Counted from the first letter of the stretch, positions 28,643 to 38,222 are shown. The stretch: DNA of 64,000 bases from Niabella sp. (GCA_049841335.1 JASGDI010000051.1:11201-75200); one strand, 5' to 3'. The notes: generated by a model not told the origin, from the letters alone. A program made the numbers and translations.

Positions 28643-29767
28643 ATGGATAGAATATATTTAGATAATGCAGCTACAACCGCGCTCGATAAAGAAGTATTAG
28701 AGGTCATGCTGCCCTATATGACCACGCATTTTGGCAACCCTTCTTCTATATATTCCTACGGCCGCGAAACACGCCTGGCCGTTGAGAACGCACGCAAAAC
28801 CGTAGCCAGGTTACTTGGCGCCCATCCCGGCGAAATATTTTTCACTAGCGGCGGAACGGAAAGCAATAACACTGCTATTCTTTCTGCTATTCGCGATCTG
28901 GGGTGTGAGCATATCATCACATCGCCCATTGAGCACCATGCCGTATTGCATACGGTAAGTCATTATGCCTGTAAAGGTATTACTACAGGCTTTGTAAAAC
29001 TATTACCGGACGGGCATATAGATTTAAACAATCTGGAAGAGCAGTTGGCTACAGCAGGTAAGAAATGCCTGGTAAGCCTGATGCATGCCAATAACGAAAT
29101 AGGCAATTTGCTAAGTATCAACGCTGCAAGCGCATTATGTAAAAAACACAATGCAGTTTTTCATTCTGATTGTGTACAAACAGTTGGCCATTACCCCATT
29201 GATCTTAGCCGCATACAGGTAGATTTTATTGCTGCCACAGGGCATAAATTTCACGGGCCTAAAGGAACAGGCATTTTATATATAAGTCGTGATATACAGG
29301 CCCGGCCAATGATACATGGCGGAGGCCAGGAGCGCAATATGCGTGCAGGTACCGAGAATGTTTACGGTATTGTAGGTTTTGCCAAAGCCCTGGAACTGGC
29401 AATGGCCAACTATGAAAAAGATTCGGCTTATATAAAGGATCTTAAAGCATACATGGCTGGTCAGTTGCAGGCGCATATTCCCGGTATCAGCTTTAATGGA
29501 GATTATAGCGGGAGCTCCCTGTACACTGTTCTTAACGTATCTTTTCCGCTTACTGAAAAATCTGACATGTTATTGTTCAATCTTGATATCAATAACATCT
29601 GTGTATCAGGCGGAAGCGCCTGCAGCAGCGGCGCCAACCAGGGTTCGCATGTAATTAATGCAATCACCGGCGATCCCGGTAAAATGGCCATTCGCTTTTC
29701 CTTCAGCAGGTTTAATACTAAAGATGAAATAGACAGGGTTATTACTAAAATCAAAGAATTGATATAG
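28643..29767 (+). CDS. Cysteine desulfurase (class V aminotransferase, NifS/IscS-like)
   Basis: I prefer the ATG at 28643 (MDRIYLDNAATT) over the TTG at 28613. The PLP lysine is in ATGHKFHGPKG and the catalytic Cys loop is SGGSACSSG. Confidence 0.85.
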   Translation: MDRIYLDNAATTALDKEVLEVMLPYMTTHFGNPSSIYSYGRETRLAVENARKTVARLLGAHPGEIFFTSGGTESNNTAILSAIRDLGCEHIITSPIEHHAVLHTVSHYACKGITTGFVKLLPDGHIDLNNLEEQLATAGKKCLVSLMHANNEIGNLLSINAASALCKKHNAVFHSDCVQTVGHYPIDLSRIQVDFIAATGHKFHGPKGTGILYISRDIQARPMIHGGGQERNMRAGTENVYGIVGFAKALELAMANYEKDSAYIKDLKAYMAGQLQAHIPGISFNGDYSGSSLYTVLNVSFPLTEKSDMLLFNLDINNICVSGGSACSSGANQGSHVINAITGDPGKMAIRFSFSRFNTKDEIDRVITKIKELI

Positions 29768-29939
29768 ATCAACATCTAACAAATTATGTTTTTTTTCACT
29801 ACGTAGCTACTGGCTTCGTTTTTATCTGTTACGGCGCATCGTTTTCCACATTTGTGCATATTTGTCTCTCGGAATCTTCTGTAACATAGAATAATTTAGA
29901 TCTGCCGTTTCATTCTTTCACCTTTAAACAAATCTTAAG

Positions 29940-32900
29940 ATGGCAGGTAAACAATCCACACAGACAGGCCTTGTATTCTCCAGGAAATTTACAAAAGACG
30001 ATATCAGTCCTTATGACATGTTTGAATATGACTATCGTACCTCGTTGATCAAGAACCCAACGGGCGAGATAGTATTCCGGTTAGATGATGTGGAAGTACC
30101 TAAGCAATGGAGCCAGATAGCAACAGATATCCTGGCACAAAAATATTTCAGAAAAGCAGGCGTTCCCCAGCCTGACGGAACTACAGGCAGGGAAACCAGC
30201 GTGAAGCAGGTAGCCCACCGGCTGGCATATTGCTGGCGTATGTGGGGTGAACGTTATGGTTATTTTGCAGGTAAGCAGGATGCACAGATATTTTATGACG
30301 AGCTGGTTTATTCTATACTCAGCCAGTCCTGCGCGCCTAACAGTCCGCAATGGTTTAACACCGGTTTACACGAAGTGTACGGTATTACCGGCAAACCCCA
30401 GGGGCATTATTATGTTGATCCTAAAGATGGGGAATTAAAAAAATCTACCAGCGCCTATGAGAGACCACAGCCTCACGCGTGCTTTATCCTGAGCGTAGAT
30501 GATGACCTGGTAAATGATGGGGGCATTATGGACCTCTGGGTACGTGAGGCCCGTATTTTTAAATACGGGAGCGGTGTGGGTACCAACTTCAGCAATATCC
30601 GTGGTGAGGGCGAAAAGCTTAGCGGAGGCGGTACTTCCAGCGGCTTAATGAGTTTTTTGAAGATAGGCGACCGGGCAGCAGGTGCCATCAAAAGCGGAGG
30701 AACCACTCGCCGCGCCGCTAAAATGGTGTGCCTCGATTTGGACCACCCGGAAATTGAAGCGTTCGTTAACTGGAAAGTACAGGAAGAAGATAAAGTAGCG
30801 GCTTTAATAGCAGCAGGTTATTCAAGCGATTATGAAGGCGAGGCGTACCGCACGGTAAGCGGGCAAAACAGTAATAATTCGGTTCGTATTCCTAATTCAT
30901 TTTTTAAAGCACTGGCAGCAGGCGGCGACTGGGAACTGAAAGCAAGGAGTAATGGTAAGGTGATGAAAACCATCAAAGCGCAGAATCTCTGGGACCAGAT
31001 CAATTACGCCGCGTGGCGTTGCGCTGATCCCGGAACACAATATGACACTACTATTAACGAATGGCATACCTGTCCTGAAGGCGGGCCTATACGCGCCAGC
31101 AACCCCTGCAGTGAATATATGTTCCTGGATAATACCGCCTGTAACCTGGCCAGCGTAAACCTTCGTAAGTTTTTTAACGAAAAAGAAAATATTTTTGACG
31201 TTGAAGGTTTTGAATACACCTGCCGCTTATGGACAACTGTTCTGGAAATTTCGGTGCTGATGGCACAGTTCCCCTCCAAAGAAGTAGCACAGCTAAGTTA
31301 TGATTATCGTACACTCGGACTGGGATACGCTAACCTGGGCAGTATGCTGATGGTAAGTGGAATTCCTTACGACAGTGATGCAGCCAGGGGCATTGCCGGT
31401 GCCGTTACAGCTATTATGACGGGTGTGGCTTATGCTACATCGGCAGAAATGGCTTCGCACCTGGGAGCCTTTCCGCGCTTTGAAGCAAATAAACAACACA
31501 TGATGCGCGTGATGCGCAACCATCGTGCAGCAGCCTATGATGCAAGCGAGGCTTATGAGGGTCTGCAAATAAAACCTATGGGTATTAACGCGGCGCATTG
31601 CCCCGATTACCTGTTAAAAGCGGCCACGCGAGCCTGGGATAATGCCGTTCAGTTGGGTGAGCAATTCGGTTTTCGTAATGCGCAAACCACGGTTATTGCT
31701 CCAACCGGCACCATTGGTTTACTGATGGACTGCGACACAACCGGCGTAGAACCCGATTTTGCGCTGGTAAAATTTAAAAAACTGAGCGGTGGCGGTTATT
31801 TTAAAATCATCAATCAAAGTGTGCCACAGGCATTGCATACATTGAAATATAGTGAAGAGCAGATTGAAGATATTGTAAATTATGCCAGGGGACATGCTAC
31901 ATTAAAAAATGCACCTTATATAAATGAGCAAAGCCTTATGGCTAAAGGCTTTACTGCAGATGAAATAGAAAAGCTCAATGCAGCAATGGCTACGGCTTTC
32001 GAGATTGGCTTTGCATTTAATGTGTTTACTTTGGGAGAAGCCTGCCTGCAACGCCTGGGCTTTAAACCGGAAGACTATAATGATTTCGGCTGGAGCCTGC
32101 TGGAGGCATTAGGTTTTACCGGCGAGCAGATTGAAGCTGCCAATACTTATGTCTGTGGCGCTATGACTGTTGAAGGTGCGCCTCATTTGAAGGAAGCGCA
32201 TCTGCCTGTTTTTGATTGCGCTAATAAGTGTGGCCCTACCGGCAAACGCTATATTCATGCACATGGCCATATCCGCATGATGGCCGCAGCACAGCCTTTT
32301 TTAAGCGGTGCTATCAGCAAAACCATTAATCTGCCTAACGAGGCCTCTGTTGAAGAAATTGCCGATGCTTACAAGCTAAGCTGGGAGCTGGGATTGAAGG
32401 CCTGTGCCTTATATCGTGATGGCTCTAAGCTCAGTCAGCCATTAAGTAATACGAGTGATAAGAAAAAGAAAGCTGATATTGAGGAAGAAGCTGAAACAAC
32501 ATCCCCGGTTACTGAAACCCATATCGTTGATATGGGTAAGCTTACTGTTGAAGAATTATTAGAGGAAGTAAATAAACGGGTGCAGAACAGCGCCGATACC
32601 CGTTTAAAGCGCCAGCTGGCTATGATTGTTGAACGCCGTACCTTGCCCGCCAAACGCAGGGGCTTTACACAAAAAGCCAAAATAAGCGGGCAAACACTCT
32701 TCTTAAGGACCGGTGAGTATAACGATGGAACATTAGGCGAAATATTTATCGACATGGCAAAGGAAGGCGCTACCATGCGCAGTATGCTCAATTGCTTTGC
32801 GATTGCAGTCTCCATTGGCCTGCAGTATGGTGTTCCGCTGGAAGAATTTGTAGAAAAGTTTGTATTTACCCGCTTTGAGCCTTCGGGTATGGTGCAGCAC

Positions 32901-33284
32901 CCGAATATAAAATCAACTACTTCTATTATTGATTTCATTTTCCGTGCTCTGGCTTATGATTACCTCGGCCGTACCGATCTCGTGCATGTCCTGGATAAAG
33001 CAGATAGTACGGATAACGACATGGATGATGAAGACTGGGATGAAAGCACACCCACTATTGGCGATCGTGTACATGAAGTAGGCGATATGCGTGTGGTAAG
33101 TACTGTTCCATCAAAAACTGCTGAAGCCTCAGAACCTGCTGCTGCAGGGCTCGACGCAGTAAATGCAGCAGTTAAAAGTATGCAGAGTGATGCACCGTCA
33201 TGTAATGTTTGCGGGCATATCACTATTAGAAGCGGCACTTGCTATAAATGCCTGAATTGCGGCAATAGTTTGGGATGTAGTTAA
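29940..33284 (+). CDS. nrdJ: Adenosylcobalamin-dependent ribonucleotide reductase (class II)
   Basis: A 1114-aa protein with NPCSEY (active-site Cys/Glu), PTGTIG and SKTINLP. The C-terminal tail has the Cys-rich finger CNVCGHITIRSGTCYKCLNCGNSLGC. Confidence 0.9.
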   Translation: MAGKQSTQTGLVFSRKFTKDDISPYDMFEYDYRTSLIKNPTGEIVFRLDDVEVPKQWSQIATDILAQKYFRKAGVPQPDGTTGRETSVKQVAHRLAYCWRMWGERYGYFAGKQDAQIFYDELVYSILSQSCAPNSPQWFNTGLHEVYGITGKPQGHYYVDPKDGELKKSTSAYERPQPHACFILSVDDDLVNDGGIMDLWVREARIFKYGSGVGTNFSNIRGEGEKLSGGGTSSGLMSFLKIGDRAAGAIKSGGTTRRAAKMVCLDLDHPEIEAFVNWKVQEEDKVAALIAAGYSSDYEGEAYRTVSGQNSNNSVRIPNSFFKALAAGGDWELKARSNGKVMKTIKAQNLWDQINYAAWRCADPGTQYDTTINEWHTCPEGGPIRASNPCSEYMFLDNTACNLASVNLRKFFNEKENIFDVEGFEYTCRLWTTVLEISVLMAQFPSKEVAQLSYDYRTLGLGYANLGSMLMVSGIPYDSDAARGIAGAVTAIMTGVAYATSAEMASHLGAFPRFEANKQHMMRVMRNHRAAAYDASEAYEGLQIKPMGINAAHCPDYLLKAATRAWDNAVQLGEQFGFRNAQTTVIAPTGTIGLLMDCDTTGVEPDFALVKFKKLSGGGYFKIINQSVPQALHTLKYSEEQIEDIVNYARGHATLKNAPYINEQSLMAKGFTADEIEKLNAAMATAFEIGFAFNVFTLGEACLQRLGFKPEDYNDFGWSLLEALGFTGEQIEAANTYVCGAMTVEGAPHLKEAHLPVFDCANKCGPTGKRYIHAHGHIRMMAAAQPFLSGAISKTINLPNEASVEEIADAYKLSWELGLKACALYRDGSKLSQPLSNTSDKKKKADIEEEAETTSPVTETHIVDMGKLTVEELLEEVNKRVQNSADTRLKRQLAMIVERRTLPAKRRGFTQKAKISGQTLFLRTGEYNDGTLGEIFIDMAKEGATMRSMLNCFAIAVSIGLQYGVPLEEFVEKFVFTRFEPSGMVQHPNIKSTTSIIDFIFRALAYDYLGRTDLVHVLDKADSTDNDMDDEDWDESTPTIGDRVHEVGDMRVVSTVPSKTAEASEPAAAGLDAVNAAVKSMQSDAPSCNVCGHITIRSGTCYKCLNCGNSLGCS

Positions 33285-33310
33285 AAAGGATTCCCTATAA
33301 GCCTTTTGAT

Positions 33311-34435
33311 ATGAATAAAAATTTGTTTACAGCTTCTGCAATTGCTTTTTTACTGGCATTGCTATGTGTAAGGGCCTACTGCCAGCCAATAAAAGATAAA
33401 GATTTCAGAGTGATCGCTTATTATGCATCCAACGCCCATAAAATTGATAGTTTCCCAATTGAAAAACTGACACATATTATTTACAGCTTTTGTCATTTAA
33501 AAGGCAACAGGCTTAACGTGGATAATGCAGCAGATTCGTTAACGATACAGAAACTTGTTTCTTTAAAATCAAGAAACCCTAAGTTGAAGGTTTTATTGTC
33601 ATTGGGCGGATGGGGAGGCTGCGAAACCTGTTCTGATGTGTTCTCCACCCAAACAGGAAGAGCAGCATTTGCCGGTTCTGTGAAAGCGCTTGCTGCTTAT
33701 TTTAAAACAGATGGCATTGATCTGGACTGGGAATATCCCACAATAGAAGGATATCCCGGGCATCCTTACAAACCGGAGGATAAAGAAAATTTTACAGCTT
33801 TGCTTAAAACATTGCGAAGCATTTTAGGAAAGAAACAGGAAATAAGTTTTGCTGCGGGCGGATTTAAGCACTACCTGCTGGAGGCCGTAGACTGGAAAAG
33901 TGTAATGCCTGTTATCAACTATGTAAACCTGATGAACTACGATATGGTAAACGGGGCCACACCACACACCGGGCACCATACACCTTTGTACAGCAACAGC
34001 CAGCAAAAAGAATCAATCCACGACTGTGTAAGCTATCTTTCCTCGATAGGTGTTCCTAAAGAAAAGATGGTAATTGGCGCTGCTTTTTATGGCAGGAGCT
34101 GGGAAAATGTTCAAAATGTAAATAATGGTCTTCATCAGCCTGGTTTGTTCAAAAACTTTATAGATTATAATCATTTTGATAAGATCATTAATAACGAAAC
34201 TGGCTTTAATTTTTATTATGACGAAGTAGCCCAGGCTAGCTATGCCTACAATCCCGGTGACAAAATATTTGTAACCTTTGATGATGAAGCGTCCATTACA
34301 AAAAAGACAAAATATGCATTAGAAAATGGCCTGGGTGGCATTATGTTTTGGGAGCTAAGTATTGATAAAAAAGAAAACGGCTATGTGGATGTAATTGACA
34401 GAACCATTAAAAACGCTGACCGTAAATCCAGGTAG
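33311..34435 (+). CDS. Secreted glycoside hydrolase family 18 (chitinase-like)
   Basis: It has a signal peptide, the catalytic motif DGIDLDWEYP (DxxDxDxE), and GGIMFWELSID. Confidence 0.85.
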   Translation: MNKNLFTASAIAFLLALLCVRAYCQPIKDKDFRVIAYYASNAHKIDSFPIEKLTHIIYSFCHLKGNRLNVDNAADSLTIQKLVSLKSRNPKLKVLLSLGGWGGCETCSDVFSTQTGRAAFAGSVKALAAYFKTDGIDLDWEYPTIEGYPGHPYKPEDKENFTALLKTLRSILGKKQEISFAAGGFKHYLLEAVDWKSVMPVINYVNLMNYDMVNGATPHTGHHTPLYSNSQQKESIHDCVSYLSSIGVPKEKMVIGAAFYGRSWENVQNVNNGLHQPGLFKNFIDYNHFDKIINNETGFNFYYDEVAQASYAYNPGDKIFVTFDDEASITKKTKYALENGLGGIMFWELSIDKKENGYVDVIDRTIKNADRKSR

Positions 34436-34449
34436 CCCCTATTTTGTGC

Positions 34450-35118
34450 TTATGTAGCCCAGGCCTTATCACCTTTCACATAAGGCATACAAGGGTCATA
34501 TTTGCCCGGAACTGCTGCATAGCGAAGTGCTTTGGTAGCACCAGGCTCAGATGTGAAGAAGCCTAATAAAGTAAGCTCTTTCATCATACTGAAATAATGC
34601 CTGGGCATTACTGCTTTTACGTAACCAAAATTGCCTTTTACCTTTTCAACAGAGTCCTTAATGATTTCTTCCTTATCTAAAGTCTCTTTTTCGCTTTTAT
34701 ACGTTGTTGTTTGTGTATATTCTTTTGCTTCCTTGTCCAGGGCTGTGAGCAGCTCCGTGCGTTGCTCCGGTGTAATTTGCATAAAGCTATTGCTGTACTT
34801 TTCCTTACTGAGCTTTTCTATAGTTTCCAATCCTTTCCTGAAGATCTCCTGGTCGTCCAGGGTATAGCAATCGCGTACCATCACATTCATAAACTCACCC
34901 ACGCCGGCATCCTTAGCGCCGGGCGTAGTGGTGCGCGGTATAATGGTTTCAGCTATTTCGTCAAGGAAAGCTATTTCATCTTTGGTAAAAAAGTTGGCGC
35001 CGGCCTGCGCTCCTTCTTTAGCCGAGGGTTTACAACCGGATTGGATGAACAATTCTGCACCCAGTACAGCGCCCCCCATTAGCAGCGCTACTTTTTGTAC
35101 GGCTTGTCTTCTGTTCAT
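34450..35118 (-). CDS. Gluconate 2-dehydrogenase subunit 3-family protein (Tat-exported small subunit of the GMC oxidoreductase)
   Basis: I prefer the ATG at 35118, giving the Tat signal MNRRQAVQKVALLMGGAVLG. It pairs with the upstream GMC gene. Confidence 0.75.
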   Translation of the reverse strand: MNRRQAVQKVALLMGGAVLGAELFIQSGCKPSAKEGAQAGANFFTKDEIAFLDEIAETIIPRTTTPGAKDAGVGEFMNVMVRDCYTLDDQEIFRKGLETIEKLSKEKYSNSFMQITPEQRTELLTALDKEAKEYTQTTTYKSEKETLDKEEIIKDSVEKVKGNFGYVKAVMPRHYFSMMKELTLLGFFTSEPGATKALRYAAVPGKYDPCMPYVKGDKAWAT

Positions 35119-35150
35119 GTTTTTTATTTGAGATGACAGTTGTATTTTTA

Positions 35151-35181
35151 GACCATGGTCCATTGACCATTGCCTATGGAC
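35151..35181. repeat. Word-stutter intergenic element, family 3 (GACCAT/CCATTG words)
   Basis: The sequence is gaccatggtccattgaccattgcctatggac. It includes the perfect 10-bp palindrome gaccatggtc (35151-60). The 10-mer attgaccatt (35162-71) recurs at 58835-58844. Confidence 0.55.
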
Positions 35182-35183
35182 TA

Positions 35184-36863
35184 TTATAAATTCCCTTTTT
35201 TCAATTCGTTTACGGCAAAGTCCGCGGCTCTAGCAGTGAGCGCCATATAGGTAAGCGACGGATTCACACAGGCTGCACTGGTCATGCAGGCGCCATCGGT
35301 CACAAACACATTCTTACAATCCCATACCTGGTTATTTCCGTTCAGTACCGATGTTTTAGGGTCGCGGCCCATGCGTGCAGTTCCCATTTCATGAATGCCC
35401 TGTCCAAACCCATATCCACTGTCAAAAGTGTGTACATTTTTCAGTCCTGCTGCCTCCAGCATGTCGGCGCCATCGTTCATCATATCTATGCGCATCTTTT
35501 TCTCATTTTCTTTTATTTCTGCATCAATATTCAAAACCGGCAATCCCCACTTATCTTTTACGTTTTTATCAAGGGTTATTTTGTTCTCATGATAAGGAAG
35601 CGTCTCGCCAAAAGCTGTAATTCCCATTGTCCAGGAACCGGGCTCGCAAAGTACCTCTTTAAGCGCGGCACCAATGCTAAGCTCAGCTATCTGGCGCTGC
35701 CAGTTTTCCCTGCTGGCTCCTCCCTGGTAGCCAAAGCCACGCAGGTACTCCCTTTTATCATTACCTATGTTCCTGAAACGCGGAATATAAATACCGCCCG
35801 GCCTTCGTCCAAAGTAGTACTTATCATCATAACCTTCTACCCTCCCCGATGCACCACAGCGAAAATGATGGTCCATAAGGTTGTGCCCTAGCTCGCCGCT
35901 GCTGCTGCCTAAGCCACCCGGCCAGATGTCGGTAGCGGAATTCATCAGCACCCATGTAGAATTTAAAGCAGAAGCACATACAAAGACCACTTTAGCAAAG
36001 TATTCGTAGGTTTTGCTGGTTTCAGCATCTAATATTTCCACGCCTTTGGCTTTTTGCGTGTCTTTATCGTAAATGATCTTCGTAACAATAGAAAATGGTC
36101 TCAGGGTAAGATTACCGGTTTTCATAGCTGCCGGCAAAGTAGATGACTGTGTGCTGAAATAAGCGCCATACGGGCAGCCCAGCCAGCATTTATTCCTGTA
36201 CTGACAGGCAACACGGCCTTCAAGCGGTTTGGTAATATTAGCTACACGCGCATTGGTCATAACGCGTAAGCCATTATAATGCTTCCTGATCCTGTCAGCC
36301 ACATCCTTTTCCACACAGTTAAGCGGCATTGCCGGCATAAGGTCTCCGTCAGGATAACCAGGAAAATTTTCATTACTGCCATTAATCCCTGCAAACTTTT
36401 CGGCATAACTATACCAGGAAGCAAGGTCTTTATAACGAATTGGCCAGTCCACCCCAATACCCTCTTTAGCGTTAGCTTCAAAATCTATATCACTATGGCG
36501 GTAACTCTGTCGCCCCCAGGTCAGCGACCTCCCGCCTACATGGTATCCCCTGAACCAGTCAAAACGCTTGGTTTCTACATAAGGGCAATCTTTTTCGTTT
36601 GCCCAAAAGTCAAGATTGGTTTCGTTTAGCGGATAGTCTCTTTTTAACACAGGATAATCTTTGATCATTTCCTGCGTTCGGCTGCCACGATGTGGAAAAT
36701 CCCAGGGATTTTTATTCGCACTGATATAATCCTGTACATGCTTAATATCGCGCCCTCTTTCAAGCATTATCGTTTTCAGGCCTTTTTCTGTGAGTTCTTT
36801 TGCAGCCCAGCCACCCGATATACCACTGCCAATAACAATTGCGTCATACACGTTATCTGCCAT
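35184..36863 (-). CDS. GMC-family FAD-dependent oxidoreductase
   Basis: The N-terminal Rossmann motif is DAIVIGSGISGGWAAKEL. The 559-aa length and the C-terminal HEMGTARMG region are typical of GMC enzymes. Confidence 0.85.
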   Translation of the reverse strand: MADNVYDAIVIGSGISGGWAAKELTEKGLKTIMLERGRDIKHVQDYISANKNPWDFPHRGSRTQEMIKDYPVLKRDYPLNETNLDFWANEKDCPYVETKRFDWFRGYHVGGRSLTWGRQSYRHSDIDFEANAKEGIGVDWPIRYKDLASWYSYAEKFAGINGSNENFPGYPDGDLMPAMPLNCVEKDVADRIRKHYNGLRVMTNARVANITKPLEGRVACQYRNKCWLGCPYGAYFSTQSSTLPAAMKTGNLTLRPFSIVTKIIYDKDTQKAKGVEILDAETSKTYEYFAKVVFVCASALNSTWVLMNSATDIWPGGLGSSSGELGHNLMDHHFRCGASGRVEGYDDKYYFGRRPGGIYIPRFRNIGNDKREYLRGFGYQGGASRENWQRQIAELSIGAALKEVLCEPGSWTMGITAFGETLPYHENKITLDKNVKDKWGLPVLNIDAEIKENEKKMRIDMMNDGADMLEAAGLKNVHTFDSGYGFGQGIHEMGTARMGRDPKTSVLNGNNQVWDCKNVFVTDGACMTSAACVNPSLTYMALTARAADFAVNELKKGNL

Positions 36864-36944
36864 AAGATAGATCTCTATTTTTGTAGTTTTCGAATTAGTA
36901 AAACAAGCTATCTTTTACAAAAAGGTTTTAAAGATATCTAAAAA

Positions 36945-36977
36945 GTATATAAAAAAAATTACTTTTTTTTTATATAC
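36945..36977. repeat. AT-only 14-bp inverted repeat in a divergent promoter region
   Basis: The arms are gtatataaaaaaaa (36945-58) and tttttttttatatac (36963-77), separated by ttac. Confidence 0.6.
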
Positions 36978-37085
36978 CCTTTTTACAGAAAAGAGCTGCT
37001 TAAGAGAGGTGAAATTCCCTAAAGGAACGCCAAAGAATAAGGCGGTTGTTTAGAATGCTTCCCAACCCAATTTTGCAGAAAAATT

Positions 37086-37093
37086 TATCTTTG
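37086..37093 (+). promoter_or_regulatory. -7 box TAtcTTTG for clpS
   Basis: tatctttg ends 4 nt before the clpS ATG (37098). Confidence 0.5.
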
Positions 37094-37097
37094 CAGT

Positions 37098-37391
37098 ATG
37101 CAAAGCAGCACTCATACCAAGTTTTTAGAAGATGAAGCCGTACTTACAGCTACGGCTTCATCGTGCCAACTGGTGGTTTGGAATGACGAAGTCAACACTT
37201 TTGCCTGGGTCATTGAGACCCTCATAGAAGTGTGCGGCCATAGTTTTGAACAGGCAGAGCAATGTTCATATATCATTCATTTTAAGGGGAAATACGCTGT
37301 GAAAGAAGGCGAATACGATGACCTGAAACCTATGTGCGATGCTATCCTGGACAGGGGCATTAATGCTACTGTGGAAGAAGTAGTTGCTTAA
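37098..37391 (+). CDS. clpS: ATP-dependent Clp protease adaptor ClpS
   Basis: A 97-aa protein with the core VVWNDEVNTFAWVIETLIEVCGHSFEQAEQCSYIIHFKGKYAV. Confidence 0.85.
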   Translation: MQSSTHTKFLEDEAVLTATASSCQLVVWNDEVNTFAWVIETLIEVCGHSFEQAEQCSYIIHFKGKYAVKEGEYDDLKPMCDAILDRGINATVEEVVA

Positions 37392-37443
37392 AGCAATGCT
37401 TTCTTCCGGTACAAATATTCAATCTGCAATAGTCAATAACGCA

Positions 37444-38088
37444 ATGCCCATTTTTGCCCTTGATGAATCAGTTGCTTTTCCCCCTGTACACCTGGCAGAG
37501 CCCGACGGGTTATTGGCAATAGGCGGCGACCTGTCTGCTGACAGATTACTGCTTGCCTATCGCTCCGGGATATTCCCGTGGTATAGCGAGCCGCCTGTAC
37601 TTTGGTGGTGCCCTAATCCCCGCTTTGTATTGTTTCCGCAGGAGCTGAAAATCTCCAAAAGCCTGAGACCTTTGCTCAACAGGAACGCATTTGAGTTTAC
37701 GGTCAATAAAGATTTCAGCAATGTACTAACGCATTGTAAAAATGTACCACGAACTGGGCAGGATGGCACATGGATCAGCAATGAGATTATTGCGGCCTAT
37801 ACCAGGTTGCACGAACTGGGTTATGCACACAGCGCAGAAGTCTGGCAAAACGGTGAGCTGGCGGGCGGCTTGTATGGCATCAGGCTGGGTAAGGTTTTTT
37901 TTGGCGAAAGCATGTTCAGCCTGGTAAGCAATGCGTCTAAATATGCTTTTACAAAATATGTGCAATACCTTATTACTGAAGGCATACAGCTGATAGACTG
38001 TCAGGTGTACACGGAATATTTAGAAAGCCTAGGTGCACGAATGATTGACGGGAAAGAGTTTGATGCGTTACTCAAAAAACTGGTCTGA
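37444..38088 (+). CDS. aat: Leucyl/phenylalanyl-tRNA--protein transferase
   Basis: I prefer the ATG at 37444 (MPIFALDESVAFPPVHLAEPDGLLAIGGDLSADRLLLAYRSGIFPWY). The protein also contains GGLYGIRLGKVFFGESMF. Confidence 0.85.
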   Translation: MPIFALDESVAFPPVHLAEPDGLLAIGGDLSADRLLLAYRSGIFPWYSEPPVLWWCPNPRFVLFPQELKISKSLRPLLNRNAFEFTVNKDFSNVLTHCKNVPRTGQDGTWISNEIIAAYTRLHELGYAHSAEVWQNGELAGGLYGIRLGKVFFGESMFSLVSNASKYAFTKYVQYLITEGIQLIDCQVYTEYLESLGARMIDGKEFDALLKKLV

Positions 38089-38104
38089 CCGTCCCGGTCA
38101 GACC
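38082..38104 (+). terminator. Hairpin overlapping the aat stop codon
   Basis: The stem is ggtctgacc(38082-90)/ggtcagacc(38096-104). There is no clear T-tract. A second hairpin, gttccgat/atcggaac, lies at 38166-38185. Confidence 0.4.
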
Positions 38105-38222
38105 AATAGCGTTGCATTATCATCGAAGAATATGCAGGATCAGTGACGCACTACAAGTGAAGTGGGTTCCGATAGCCATCGGAACAACACCGCTGATGTA
38201 TACTCTCAAGCCGGTTCAATCA

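Noticed and set aside
29797-29856. Two palindromic segments (cactacgtag, cacatttgtg) upstream of nrdJ as NrdR boxes
   Set aside because: Both match the 16-bp NrdR consensus poorly. Their centres are about 49 bp apart rather than the usual ~31-32 bp. I cannot support the call without a genome-wide motif model or evidence that nrdR exists in this genome.
35375-35891. Cluster of + strand ORFs (65-166 aa) and similar antisense ORFs in glmM, metG, nrdJ, clpX and other genes
   Set aside because: All lie inside and antisense, or out of frame, to long ORFs with clear family motifs. None has a motif or independent signals.
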